47,418 nt of DNA from a virus (lineage: Duplodnaviria > Caudoviricetes), in IMG/VR virus record IMGVR_UViG_3300037307_000217, positions 1 to 47,418 of that record; one strand, 5' to 3'. Positions within the stretch are counted from its first letter, which is position 1, and every line of letters starts with the position of its first letter. A program made the position numbers and the translations under genes. Shown piece by piece: positions 1 through 10,310 of this stretch. Under the pieces are notes generated by a model. That model was not told where the DNA came from. It was given only the letters and a program-made list of their open reading frames with translations, and did no database searches.

Positions 1-313
1 TACTAACTTCCAGTTTTTGATAAACTTCCACGGCAACGATGGCTCGGTAGAAGCAACCGTTGATTGGGCCGTCACGGGTACTGGAAACAATCCAGCCGAT
101 GCAGATGACTTCGGTGGAACATTCCCAAGTGGCACACTAACGTTTGGTGTGAATGAGTTCTTCAAATTCTTTAACGTACCCGTATCCGGAGACGCTGCTG
201 TTGAGTTAAATGAGAACTTTAAAGTCACTCTAAGCAATGCTCAAGGTGCAGCCATCTTCCCCAATGCTACAGAAGCCGTAGCCATCATCACTAATGACGA
301 CACGGGTGAGTAA
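1..313 (+). CDS. C-terminal part of a Calx-beta domain virion/adhesin protein (likely starts before the window)
   Basis: Calx-beta-like motifs ADADDF..SGTLTF..V.V.GD..VE.NENFKVTLSNA..A..II.NDD. Confidence 0.75.
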   Translation, partial: TNFQFLINFHGNDGSVEATVDWAVTGTGNNPADADDFGGTFPSGTLTFGVNEFFKFFNVPVSGDAAVELNENFKVTLSNAQGAAIFPNATEAVAIITNDDTGE

Positions 314-792
314 TGGCAAACCAGGTCTATCTCTACACCGCGGGGACTGGTCTTACAGCAGTAGACTTTCTATTCTTTGATAGTACTGGGAATCTACAAG
401 ACACAGAAGCTGGAACACTCAATATCGACAATGTCTGGGAAGTGACTGTTCCTGCTTTGCCTGCGGGTGACTACACGGTTGTCGGTAAGAGTGGGATCAG
501 AACTCTCGGTAAAGAAGAGATTCGCTGGGATGGTACTAGCATCATTCCTCCAGCTACAGTGATTGCGAAAGCAGTCAGAGCCGAACTGTCGCCAGAACTC
601 ATCCACCTAGTGAGTCTTCAAAACGGATTGACTGCGGGTCAGTCGACTATGCTCCTCGAGCTGTACCGATTGATGGGATTGGATCCGACTCGACCACTCT
701 ATGTCGATAAGGGCATTCGTACTGTCCTGCCTGAGATAAGACAGACACTAGATGATGACACACTAAGAACCATTGTAACGAGAATTCCATGA
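313..792 (+). CDS. hypothetical virion-associated protein
   Basis: 159 aa ORF coupled to the upstream gene (TAATG) within the tail-fibre block. Confidence 0.6.
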   Translation: MANQVYLYTAGTGLTAVDFLFFDSTGNLQDTEAGTLNIDNVWEVTVPALPAGDYTVVGKSGIRTLGKEEIRWDGTSIIPPATVIAKAVRAELSPELIHLVSLQNGLTAGQSTMLLELYRLMGLDPTRPLYVDKGIRTVLPEIRQTLDDDTLRTIVTRIP

Positions 793-3700
793 TCCTATAC
801 AAGAACAACGCAGCATCGACACTCGCAGCAGGCATTTCAGATGTAGACACATCATTGACTATAGCCACTCGGTGATGGTAGTCTGTACCCCACTATTTCT
901 GGATCCGATATCTTCTTTGTGACTCTCAAGAGCAGTTTAGGCACTGAGATGGAGATCGTCAAGGTTACAGCAAGAACTGGTGATGTATTCACTATCGAGC
1001 GTGCTCAAGAGAGTACTACAGCTCATGAGTTTATCGCTAATGACAAGGTAGAGTTACTCATCACTGCGGGCATCATGGAAGACCTCAGAGACAAAAGCGT
1101 TCGCATAGACAACGTTCCAACTGACCTTTTGACAGGATTGAATGCAGACAAACTCGATGGAGCGCACTCTTCCGAGTTCTACCTGAACACGGCTGATCTT
1201 AGAATTGCTGATCCAAGAGTGATCGACTTCGGTACCGCTTATAGAGAAGACATCAAACTCTATACGAGTTACACTGAGATTGATCCGTATTGGGCCAACG
1301 TAGTTCTGTTGATGCCGATGAATGGAGATATGAGTTCTTCTGTCTTTCGTGATGTCTCTTCTAATCCTAAGACCATCACACCGCATGGTAACGCTCAACA
1401 TTCGATCAATCAGTACAAGTTCGGCAGCTCTTCAGCTTACTTCGATGAGTCAGGCGATTACTTGACATTCCCATCTCTGACTTTTGATGGCGACTTCACT
1501 ATCGAAATGTGGGTGTATGTCACTGGAACTTCAAATGCAGCGTATGTGCCTCTGTATGATACGAGAACAGGAGCACTCTTTCAGAATGTCGCTTTCGGAT
1601 TCAACTACATATCATCGGTGTATAGACCCGATGTAGTGTTTAGTAATGGAAGACTTACAGGCACTACAACATCTCTGTCATTCAACTCTTGGACACACGT
1701 TGCCATAACTAGACTCGGATCTACGGTATCTGCGTTTATCAACGGAGTTAAAGACGCAACCACTTACACATACAGTGGAACAGTATCTCCTGCAGGAGCG
1801 ACTTGCTACATTGGTGCAGTTGTTGATCCGATATACACTCAAGGCTACATTGATGACCTTAGAATCACTAATGGTGTTGCTCGCTATACGGCTAGCTTTA
1901 CTCCACCAGATGTGCCGCACACCACCATCGGCTGGACAGATCAGCTCTACGATCCTTACTACCTGAACACTGTCTTGCTCTTGCATTGCAATGGAACTGC
2001 TGGATCGACTGTCTTTACTGACTCTTCATTCGTACCTAAGACCGTTACCGCATACGGCAATGCTGCACTCTCATCTACACAATACAAGTTCGGTGGAGTA
2101 AGCGCATACTTCGATGGTTCAGAAGATTACCTAGAAACTACGGATCCCATTTTGGCAGAAAACTATACGATAGAGTGCTGGCTGTATCCGACAGAGCGAG
2201 CGCCCGATGCGAATTGGGGAAGATACGCCTATTCGCAATATGATAACAGAACAGATTTCGGTAATAGATTTGGGTTCGGTCTACCCGAAACGGGTAGCTA
2301 TACCAATAAACTGACCTGGTTCCATGCATCTGGTGGCGGGACTCTATTCTCAACCAACGATATACCACTCAACGCCTGGACGCATGTCGCATTGACATAC
2401 GATGGTTCGACCAGAAGAATGTTTTTGAATGGCGTGCTGGAAGCGTCTGTAGCAACATCAGGAGCATCGCTGAGCAATGTGACACCGAGAATAGGTGCTC
2501 TGTATTATAGTGGTATCTTAGGTTTTTATAAAGGTTACATCGACGAGTTTAGAGTCACTAAAGGTGTGGCACGTTATACCGCAGCATTCATTCCACCTAC
2601 TCTTCCATTCGCCGATACAAGAAACCTGACCATCGACAACGATCTATCTAAAGTCGGTCTCTTGATGCACTTCAATGGAACGCCTGGTTCTACCAATTTC
2701 GTCGATAGCAGTCTTACTCCTAAAATCGTGACATCCTACGGCAATGCTCAACACTCAATCAACCAATACAAGTTCGGTGGTTCAAGTTCTTATTTCAATG
2801 GTAGTAGCGGGTATCTTTCTGTCAACGCTTCATCAGATTTTACCTTTGGTACAGGGGATTTCACGGTTGAGTGCTGGGCGTATATGTCTGCTTATGGCAG
2901 TAGAATAACTAACAGGACATATGGCGCATACTCTGGAACCTGGTCGTTAGGCTTAAATCAATATCCATCATTCACGGAAGTGGTTTATGGTGAACCCGGT
3001 GTAGTATCGACTACAGCCGTTTCCTTGAATACGTGGACTCATATAGCCGCCTGCCGTTCGAGTGGAACATTGCGAATCTATATCAATGGTGTATTGGGTG
3101 GATCTGCTGCTAACTCAACCAACTTCTCGACTTCAGATTTCAACTTGCTCATAGGAAGATCATCACCTTCCGAGACCATCTATTTCTCCGGCTATTTGGA
3201 CGAACTACGAATAACCAAAGGATTAGCACGCTATACAACAGCGTTTACCCCACCGACTAAGCCGTTCGTTGATCGCAATCAAATCGCGAGCATAGGCAGT
3301 CAAGCCGACACGATCTATCAAAGAAGCAGCAAGAACTTCGCCTGGTACAAAGACGGCATCCACAGCGATGCAGCACTGGATCCTGGCTTCGGTGGAACGG
3401 CTCAGATGGTGCTGAATGAGTACGGTCATCTTCTGATCGGCACGACTGCTGATGACTCTTCCGGATCACTCATTCAAGTCAATGGTAACTTGGCGTTCAT
3501 TGGATCATCAAGAAGAATCGTTGGTGATTTCAATAATGTCACGCACGCCAATAGAACGCTATTCCAATCGACATCAGCCGGACAGACTAATGTGGGAGTC
3601 GTTCCTAATAGTACAAACAATGCTGCAATAACTTGTTTTGATAACTCCACTCCCGAGAATTGTAGTTTTGCTCAAATGGTGATGGTAAACGCATCAGATT

Positions 3701-4356
3701 GTCGATTTATAAGTGGCGCTATTGGTTCGGGTACATATCGTCCTATGACGTTCTATACTAACAACGCGGAAGTGATGAGAATCGGAACAGACTTCAAAGT
3801 TGGAATCGGTACGACTTCAGCCCAATCAAATCTCCATGTCGCCAATGTATCTACAGACTCAGTGCGTGGATTTATTTCAGAGCAAACCAATAACGACATT
3901 CATGGTGCTCAAATCCGAATGCTCAAATCGCGTGGCACTCAGACTACGAGAACAGCGGTTCAATCAGGAGACACTATAGGCAACTTGTCTTATACCGGTT
4001 ATGTCGACTCAACGGTGGCATCTGAGTGCGCGGCAATCAAAGCACAGGCAGAAGGTAACTTTACTGCCTCATCAAGCCCAACATTTTTACAGTTTTTCAC
4101 TTGTCCTAGCGGTTCTCTTACCGCACCAGAAAGAATGAGAATCACCGGTGCAGGAAGATTGTTGATTGGTACATCAATCGATGACACAATCAACAAGCTC
4201 CAAGTCAGCGGTAGCATCGTGCAGTCACCTCTAGCATCGGTCACCCCAGCCAACAACGGCGAACTCGTGTTCGAGGCAACAAGCAATACCACGATCACCG
4301 TCAAGTACAAAGGGTCCGACGGCACCGTCCGTTCAGGCACCATCACCCTCACTTAA
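789..4356 (+). CDS. long tail fibre / receptor-binding protein with three LamG (concanavalin-like) repeats; frameshift near 870
   Basis: Three repeats of DPY..V.LL.H.NG..GST.F.D.S..PK..T.YGNA..S..QYKFG...FT.E.W.Y...W.H.A.....GYIDE.R.TKG.ARYT..F.PPT.PF; fibre-type ERMRI..G.LLIGT motifs; natural N-terminus MILYKNNAASTLAAGIS at ATG 789 joins the 919 frame if one base near 870 is removed. Confidence 0.85.
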
Positions 4357-4401
4357 TAAATACATACGTTATCATTTACACTTATGAAGGAGAGCCCTAT
4401 G

Positions 4402-4764
4402 TCTATGAATGTTACGCTTCGCCAGATCGTTGACGCCCGCGACGCACTTATGAGTTTGAGCACGCAAAAGCTGCCGATCAAGATAGCTTACAACGTGAGC
4501 AAGATCATTCGCAAAGCCAACGCCGACCTCGAAGTACTGACGCAAGTTCGTCAAGAAGTCATCTCTCGTTACATGCCGGAAGGCACTGAAATGACTCCGG
4601 AGATCAATCAATCCATCATGGCTGAACTGAATGATGCATTGAATGTCGAAGTAGAGATCCCTGTCAACAAAGTTGACTTGAGCAACGTGAACATCGAGAT
4701 CACCGTAAGAGATGTCAGTCTGCTTGAGCCTTTCTGCATCTTTGAGACCGTAACCTTGGATTGA
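4402..4764 (+). CDS. small protein after the tail fibre, possible fibre assembly chaperone
   Basis: AAGGAG SD before ATG 4402; position directly after fibre gene; function inferred from context. Confidence 0.55.
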   Translation, partial: SMNVTLRQIVDARDALMSLSTQKLPIKIAYNVSKIIRKANADLEVLTQVRQEVISRYMPEGTEMTPEINQSIMAELNDALNVEVEIPVNKVDLSNVNIEITVRDVSLLEPFCIFETVTLD

Positions 4765-4812
4765 TTCGATAGCCGATGACCATAAATACAGCACAAATCG
4801 CCACACTACGGA

Positions 4813-5124
4813 TTGTACCCTGGCTGGAATACGTTCCATTGTGCTACTTTGGGCTATCAGTTTCGAGCTGAGATCACATTAGGTCCAGGAGGCGGTGCTC
4901 TCGAAGTCTACGATATCAGTGATTCTCGTCGATTGGTTACTGTCACTATCTTCTACAAAGATAAGTCATGGAAGCAAACGATGCTCATTGAAAGCATATC
5001 CATCGATCGAGTTCTCAAAGTTATCGGATCCGTAAAGAGTGCAGTGAAGAAGTCTATCCAAGTGATAGCCAAAGTGACGGCAACAATCACCCGTGTGACT
5101 GCTTTCGCTCGAAACAAACCATAA
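4813..5124 (+). CDS. hypothetical protein (start uncertain)
   Basis: ORF downstream of a CATAAATA late-promoter-like box at 4781. Confidence 0.45.
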   Translation: MYPGWNTFHCATLGYQFRAEITLGPGGGALEVYDISDSRRLVTVTIFYKDKSWKQTMLIESISIDRVLKVIGSVKSAVKKSIQVIAKVTATITRVTAFARNKP

Positions 5125-5144
5125 ACTACAAACAGGGACTTCAG

Positions 5145-5687
5145 ATGATTATAGCAAAGATCGATCCGTCACAATCACAAGAGCTCACATTTGACATCAA
5201 AGTTGAAGGCACAAAGGAAGAGCCAAGTGACATTCGCTTTGTGATTGAATCACAGACTGTTGATGGGCAAGAGGTGCAGGACACATTCAGCATCATCTGT
5301 CGTGCCATTAGAACAGCCGATAGCATCAAAGTCGTCGTCCCTCGTTTGTTGAATCTATTCAAAGCTGGAACGTATCGTGCTCGCCTCGAGGTTGTTCTCG
5401 AGAATCGACTCTTCGTTCCTGTCAACGAAGAGATCTTGATTGAGGAAGCAATCTCTGTTAGTGCTCCGATCAACAAGCCAGTCGAAGTTGTAGAGCATCG
5501 TCCACCTGAAGTAACCGCTACTTTGACCAGTGTGATCAACAGTCTACTCGATGCAGCCAAACCCGTTGAAGAAGAGATCCAAGAACCTGTCAAACCCGCT
5601 TTCGACTTCAAGCTTCCTGAGAGAGATTCATCTTGGAAGGAAAAAGGCTTTGGTGGCATACGCAATCCATTCAAATCAAAGAGCTGA
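5145..5687 (+). CDS. hypothetical protein, probably late/structural
   Basis: 180 aa ORF co-oriented with the late block. Confidence 0.6.
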   Translation: MIIAKIDPSQSQELTFDIKVEGTKEEPSDIRFVIESQTVDGQEVQDTFSIICRAIRTADSIKVVVPRLLNLFKAGTYRARLEVVLENRLFVPVNEEILIEEAISVSAPINKPVEVVEHRPPEVTATLTSVINSLLDAAKPVEEEIQEPVKPAFDFKLPERDSSWKEKGFGGIRNPFKSKS

Positions 5688-5896
5688 GAATCTTGGCAAC
5701 GTCTTGTTTTCTATAAATCTTTTGTCTTATGAGTATCATCGTCGGGATTTTCTAACCACTTGATTGCATTGTTGTGTTTTCAAAGTTCTCAGATACGCTA
5801 AACACATCCCACCTTGGATACCCCTCGAGTATTTTTCTCGCAAAATCTCATCTTCATCATTCTAAACCTCTTAGTTCTCAATAGCAAAGTGAAAGG

Positions 5897-5925
5897 TTGA
5901 CTTTAGCCTGTCAACCCACTATACT
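5897..5925 (+). promoter_or_regulatory. sigma70-like early promoter
   Basis: TTGACT-17 bp-TATACT; GGTTGAC/GTCAACC inverted repeat overlaps it. Confidence 0.7.
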
Positions 5926-5994
5926 TCGTATCGTTGAGTAGAAGGGTGAAGAATACTCATGTAAAGTAAAGACACGTCGTAGGAATGCCAAGCC

Positions 5995-6189
5995 ATGACC
6001 ATAGAATTCTCAATCGAAACTCTCTATCACTTTCGCTGTACAAACTGTCTACGTTGGTGGAGTGTAGGTGATTTTCAAGTTCAACAACAACTAACTTGCC
6101 CATTCTGTTCCATGAGAAGTGTGCTAGTTCAATCTGAAGAGATGAAAAATGATCAAAACCGTACAGAACATCAGCCAATCCAAGTTTAA
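5995..6189 (+). CDS. small Zn-ribbon protein
   Basis: CTNC...CPFC pair. Confidence 0.55.
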   Translation: MTIEFSIETLYHFRCTNCLRWWSVGDFQVQQQLTCPFCSMRSVLVQSEEMKNDQNRTEHQPIQV

Positions 6190-6634
6190 GCGTTTGAACT
6201 TCTATCCTTCATCGAACTCTCCTTCAAAAGATACCCACGCTTACATCAGCATCTACGATAACGAGCAACAGGTTGCTCCGAGGATCAATCATCCACTTTG
6301 GTACGCAGGTATCCAGCTTCAGTTCGATGATGTCGATTTTGATCATCCTGAGATGAAGTTACAGGTGATCAGGCCTGATCACGCGAAGCAGATCGTCGAG
6401 TTCGTGGTCGACCTTCATCAGATCGAGAGATCAATTGATCTGATCATCCATTGCTACGCTGGCATCAGCCGAAGCGCCGGGGTCGGAAAATGGATCAACG
6501 ATACCTTCAAGCTCGAGCTGCCCAACTACGGGCCTAACCTGTTCCACAACCCCACCGTGTACTCTGCGTTGAATCGCCACTGGTTTCAGATGAACGGCTG
6601 GACATACGAACACGCGTACGTAGGCCTCCAGTAG
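6149..6634 (+). CDS. protein-tyrosine/dual-specificity phosphatase family protein
   Basis: HCYAGISRS = HCX5R P-loop; upstream FDD general-acid motif. Confidence 0.85.
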   Translation: MIKTVQNISQSKFKRLNFYPSSNSPSKDTHAYISIYDNEQQVAPRINHPLWYAGIQLQFDDVDFDHPEMKLQVIRPDHAKQIVEFVVDLHQIERSIDLIIHCYAGISRSAGVGKWINDTFKLELPNYGPNLFHNPTVYSALNRHWFQMNGWTYEHAYVGLQ

Positions 6635-6638
6635 GGTC

Positions 6639-6688
6639 AAAAATATTTTTGATACCCGGTTGACTTTTCGGATTTCGGATGCTATACT
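6639..6688 (+). promoter_or_regulatory. repeated early promoter, copy 1
   Basis: AAAAATATTTT UP-like tract, TTGACT 6660, 17 bp, TG-extended TATACT 6683. Confidence 0.8.
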
Positions 6689-6726
6689 ATGTCCACATCC
6701 TGTCAAAACAACCGCTGGAGCAGAAC

Positions 6727-6918
6727 ATGGCCACTCGAATCGATGTTCAGAACTTCACCCAAACCCGAGGCAACCCCAATTCGTTCTTCTCAGGGATCCG
6801 GTGGTTCAACATCGATGGCCAGATGGTTCAGGTTTTCGGTAGGTCGTGGCCGGAGGTAGAGAAGTTTGTTCTTGAGAGCTACCCTACCGCCAAATCGATC
6901 GAACTTTTGACCAAATAA
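6727..6918 (+). CDS. small early hypothetical protein
   Basis: GGAG SD before ATG 6727, downstream of promoter. Confidence 0.6.
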   Translation: MATRIDVQNFTQTRGNPNSFFSGIRWFNIDGQMVQVFGRSWPEVEKFVLESYPTAKSIELLTK

Positions 6919-6932
6919 TTCTGGAGTACATC

Positions 6933-7226
6933 ATGAGCACTCTCGTCAACATCGATGGCCGGACCCTCAACATCACGCACATCTCCACGGTTTGCACGAG
7001 GCCGGATCACATCTTCGGCGCCAGCCATCCGCTGATGGTCGTCGAGCCCAAGGACGGCGGATCCAACGTCATCATCATCCGGCCCCGCTACGCTTCCGGT
7101 GAGTTGAAGATCTCCTCTGAAGCTTTCATCCCTGACCAGTTCATGGACATGGTGATGAAGAACGTCGTTGCCTTCAACTCGGCTGAAGGCAAGCGGGTCT
7201 ACCGGTTGGACGCCTCCCGGTGCTAA
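6933..7226 (+). CDS. early hypothetical protein
   Basis: GGAG SD; GC-rich third positions. Confidence 0.65.
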   Translation: MSTLVNIDGRTLNITHISTVCTRPDHIFGASHPLMVVEPKDGGSNVIIIRPRYASGELKISSEAFIPDQFMDMVMKNVVAFNSAEGKRVYRLDASRC

Positions 7227-7273
7227 AATAATTTGGCATCCTGGTTGACTTTTCGGATCCAGGATGCTACATT
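7225..7273 (+). promoter_or_regulatory. repeated early promoter, copy 2
   Basis: TTGACT 7245, TACATT 7268; perfect GCATCCTGG/CCAGGATGC inverted repeat around the -35 box. Confidence 0.8.
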
Positions 7274-7304
7274 AAAATCTCAACGTCAATCTTGGAGTTC
7301 TCAA

Positions 7305-7628
7305 ATGTCTACGTCAACCGCCAACCTGTCCGCCCTCAGCCTCGCCGAAATTCATGATCTCGAGAGCCGCTACCATCGGCAGGTCAAAGTCAACGTCAAA
7401 CGCAACCTGAGGGGTTACCCCGCTGCTGCCGTCACCATCAACCCTGCCACCGTCAGATCTGATGTTCTCGTCAGAGTCAACGCTCAAGAAATTGAAAACC
7501 GAATCTACTTCTTCGTCCTGCCTGCCTACCACGTCCAGAGCTACTCCGCTGGTCTGAAGATCTGGTTCGGTGAAAACCGCAACCCCAACGAAATCGAACA
7601 TTGGAAGTTCTGCAAAGGCTATCGCTAA
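7305..7628 (+). CDS. early hypothetical protein
   Basis: GGAG SD before ATG 7305 (ORF track start lies inside the promoter). Confidence 0.6.
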   Translation: MSTSTANLSALSLAEIHDLESRYHRQVKVNVKRNLRGYPAAAVTINPATVRSDVLVRVNAQEIENRIYFFVLPAYHVQSYSAGLKIWFGENRNPNEIEHWKFCKGYR

Positions 7629-7819
7629 ACTTCAACCCCGGGGGTCGTCATCGGCCCCCTCACAAAGGTGCCGAACATGTACAAAGTCTTCTTCCAAGTT
7701 CACGGAGCTCCGATGATCAACGAGAAGTTCTTCAGTTCTCGAGTTGAAGCAGACCGCTGGATGCTTGAGAACCTCGAGATCATCTCGCTCGGGTACGTCG
7801 TGGAGGTGCTCCACTAACC

Positions 7820-7870
7820 AAAAAATATTTTGGCAACCCGGTTGACTTTTAGGATCCGGGATGCTATAAT
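7820..7870 (+). promoter_or_regulatory. repeated early promoter, copy 3
   Basis: TTGACT 7842, TATAAT 7865; GCAACCCGG/CCGGGATGC inverted repeat. Confidence 0.85.
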
Positions 7871-7922
7871 AAAGTCACAAAGTCAGTCATCGTCAACGTC
7901 AACGTCAAAACCGGAGTACATC

Positions 7923-8765
7923 ATGAAAACCGAAAATCAGCTCAAAGCCTTCGCCCGGAACCTGATCGCCAAAGGCCACACCGAAGCCGAAGCCCTTCAA
8001 ATCCTCGCCGACAAGTACCCCGATTGCGAAGGCACCATCTTCGCCATGGATGTGTCGGTTCGCGAGACCAAGCCTCGCCGTCGCGTCACCAAGTCGGAAG
8101 TCCAGGAACTGGTCGCCGTCACGGATGATGCGGATGAGGACTCGTTTGGTCAGACCGAAATCGACACCCCGATCGTCGAAGAGGTCGAGCCGGTGCAGGA
8201 AGAAGTCAGCGTCCACGTGAACGGGTCTTTCGAGCAGATCGACACGGATCCCGTCGAAGTCGTCGAGCCTGTCGAAGTCGTCGAGCCTGTCGAAGTCGTC
8301 GAGCCTGTCGAAGTCGTCGAGCCTGTCGAAGTCGTCGAGCCTGTCGAAGTCGTCACCACTGCGCCCGTCGAAGCGTCCACTCAGATGAACGGCACCATCG
8401 TCCGCATCGCGGCCGACTACGCGGCGATCACCTGGGACAATGAATCGTCCGAGGGGGTGGTTGATCAACTGAAGAGTCATCTCACCAGCATGAACATGAC
8501 CGAAGACCAGATCGAATTCGCCCTGAAGGTGTTCAAGACCTCCTGCTACAATGTGCCCAAGGGCCCGGTGATGATCAAGACCGCCAAGGCTCCTAACGAC
8601 AAGACCAAGATGGGCCGCGCTCGCCGCCTCTTCCTGGAAGCGTCGGACCGCAGTCTGAAGGCCCTGTCGGATCTGTTCATGGCTGAGATCGGCTGGATCC
8701 GCGGCGACGCCAACTACTTCGCCAAGCAGATCATCGCCGAACACGCCGCTGGCAAACTCATCTGA
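7923..8765 (+). CDS. acidic early protein with VEVVEP repeats
   Basis: GGAG SD before ATG 7923; internal tandem repeat. Confidence 0.75.
   Translation: MKTENQLKAFARNLIAKGHTEAEALQILADKYPDCEGTIFAMDVSVRETKPRRRVTKSEVQELVAVTDDADEDSFGQTEIDTPIVEEVEPVQEEVSVHVNGSFEQIDTDPVEVVEPVEVVEPVEVVEPVEVVEPVEVVEPVEVVTTAPVEASTQMNGTIVRIAADYAAITWDNESSEGVVDQLKSHLTSMNMTEDQIEFALKVFKTSCYNVPKGPVMIKTAKAPNDKTKMGRARRLFLEASDRSLKALSDLFMAEIGWIRGDANYFAKQIIAEHAAGKLI
8253..8354 (+). repeat. 18-bp perfect tandem repeat GTCGAAGTCGTCGAGCCT, 5 copies plus a partial one
   Basis: Read directly; encodes (VEVVEP)n. Confidence 0.95.
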
Positions 8766-8833
8766 GAACTCAGGCATCCGGGTCAGAGATGATCCGATCC
8801 GGATGCTTCACTCCCAACCTAGAGGTGATCTTC

Positions 8834-9043
8834 ATGTACACTCATCGGAACTTCAAAACGAAGAAGGCGTTGAAAGAAGCGGTCGCTGCTGGTGATCAAG
8901 TCACGTACTACCAGCCCGGCCCGTTCGGTGGATCGGAACCCAAGAATGGTACGATTTCTGTAGAGGGGCCCCACTATCCGGAGCCCCATAAGTGGTATGC
9001 TAATTGTGAAGTGAAGGACGGCGTGATCATCAAGGTCAAATGA
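8834..9043 (+). CDS. small early hypothetical protein
   Basis: GAGGTG SD before ATG 8834. Confidence 0.7.
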   Translation: MYTHRNFKTKKALKEAVAAGDQVTYYQPGPFGGSEPKNGTISVEGPHYPEPHKWYANCEVKDGVIIKVK

Positions 9044-9047
9044 TCCG

Positions 9048-9097
9048 AAAAATATTTTGGCAACCCGGTTGACAATCGTTGGCCAGGTTGCTATAAT
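9048..9097 (+). promoter_or_regulatory. repeated early promoter, copy 4
   Basis: TTGACA 9069, TATAAT 9092; GCAACC.GG/CC.GGTTGC inverted repeat. Confidence 0.85.
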
Positions 9098-9139
9098 AGG
9101 TACACAAAGTCAGTCAACATCAACCTCAGAGAAACGAAG

Positions 9140-9334
9140 ATGGCCAAGAAAGCGTACTGGATCAAGCAGCGGACCAACCCCCAGCTCGGCAAAACCTACT
9201 ACGTCGCTTGCGGGCAGCTAACCGCTAAAGAGGCTCAGGCCAAGGCGAACACCCTGTACGGGTCGAACGTGATGATCAAGTACAACACTGAGGCTGAGTA
9301 CAACGCCGCCCTGGGCCAGCTAGGCCTTAGCTGA
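9140..9334 (+). CDS. small early hypothetical protein
   Basis: ORF directly after promoter. Confidence 0.65.
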   Translation: MAKKAYWIKQRTNPQLGKTYYVACGQLTAKEAQAKANTLYGSNVMIKYNTEAEYNAALGQLGLS

Positions 9335-9338
9335 ACGG

Positions 9339-9367
9339 TTGACAGGCAGCAAGGACGCTGCTATAAT
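9339..9367 (+). promoter_or_regulatory. sigma70 consensus promoter
   Basis: TTGACA-17-TATAAT. Confidence 0.85.
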
Positions 9368-9589
9368 ATGCCCATAATGTAATTCAACTTGAGGTGAACA
9401 CGATGTACGGATTCGTCTACGCCACGCTAGTCGCCAACACTCGTGAAGAGCTGGAAAAGCAGATTGATCAGTACCGCAAGTATCCCTTCTTCGAAGGTGG
9501 CAAGATTCGCGAGACGGTGGGCAAGTTCGTCCACCAGGGTAAGTACATGACCGTCGTCAACTACTTCAACAACAACTGAGGAAAATGAG

Positions 9590-10057
9590 ATGAGCAATTT
9601 CAGCGTCACGCTACCTGCTGGTAAGTACTGGATTGGCGATCCGTGCTATCCGTTTCCGAACGATGGCCCCAAGTCGGATGAATGGGATCGAGTTCTTGAA
9701 GCCACAGACTTCTTCGAGAGACCGCATTGTGATCTCGGCGAGATCCAGGTCTGGGCTGGCAGCACGACGTACGGTGATGGCACCTACCTCGGAACGGATG
9801 GGAACTCATATCCTGTCGATGCTGGAATGCTCGGAATCATGCCTGTCAGCACTGTCGACTACCTCGGCAACGACAAGGCCTGGCTCTCACAATGTGGTAA
9901 GTTCAAGACCTTCGATGCACCGTTTAAGGTTGTGTTCGATAACGGCTACTTCAGATTCGGCGATATCTACATCAACACTGATGACGACGAGGATGACGAC
10001 GAGGATGAGGATGCAGACAGTCGTTACTACGATTACAATGATGATGACGGTTGCTAA
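9590..10057 (+). CDS. phage hypothetical protein with acidic tail
   Basis: YWIGDPCY..T.YGDG.Y..VDAG.LGI motifs; GAGG SD. Confidence 0.7.
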   Translation: MSNFSVTLPAGKYWIGDPCYPFPNDGPKSDEWDRVLEATDFFERPHCDLGEIQVWAGSTTYGDGTYLGTDGNSYPVDAGMLGIMPVSTVDYLGNDKAWLSQCGKFKTFDAPFKVVFDNGYFRFGDIYINTDDDEDDDEDEDADSRYYDYNDDDGC

Positions 10058-10065
10058 ATAACAAC

Positions 10066-10132
10066 ATGCCGAATGCCATCGGGACTACATCTACTTCCAA
10101 TTGACTGATGTCTCGAAAATTTTTGTCGGCAT
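10066..10132 (+). ncRNA. Y-RNA-like element 1 (cargo: Gly-TCC-type loop CTTCCAA)
   Basis: Outer stem ATGCCGA/TCGGCAT, GCCGAATGC, inner stem TCGGGAC/GTCTCGA, TACAT, TTGTC. Confidence 0.7.
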
Positions 10133-10135
10133 TAT

Positions 10136-10209
10136 GCCTCGGTAGCTTAATGGTAGAGCTACTCCCTTACAAGGAGAAGACGATGGTTCGATTCCATAAC
10201 GAGGTACCA
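10136..10209 (+). tRNA. tRNA-Val(TAC)
   Basis: Cloverleaf, loop CTTACAA, TTCGA T-loop, CCA. Confidence 0.85.
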
Positions 10210-10215
10210 ATTTAT

Positions 10216-10290
10216 TGCGGGTTGTGAAGGTTCGCCGCTCGGTCTCATAAGCCGATGTCGAAGAGGGATCGTTCCCCTCGCCCGCTACCG
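10216..10290 (+). tRNA. tRNA-Met(CAT), initiator-like, atypical
   Basis: TCGGT-CTCATAA-GCCGA; 1:72 mismatch; T-loop ATCGTTC; ends ACCG rather than ACCA. Confidence 0.65.
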
Positions 10291-10310
10291 AAAACAAGTC
10301 GAGGTATGTA

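Noticed and set aside
919-4356. Diversity-generating retroelement acting on the tail fibre
   Set aside because: No reverse transcriptase and no TR/VR pair seen; the LamG repeats are diverged domain duplications.
7233-7922. Apparent paralogous N-termini MASWLTFRIQDA / MATRLTFRIRDA
   Set aside because: These are translations of the repeated promoter; real starts are downstream at 7305 and 7923.
7905-8777. Long minus-strand ORFs (7905-8777, 43439-44209 and others)
   Set aside because: Antisense shadows of GC-rich plus-strand genes; promoters and SD sites all point to the + strand.
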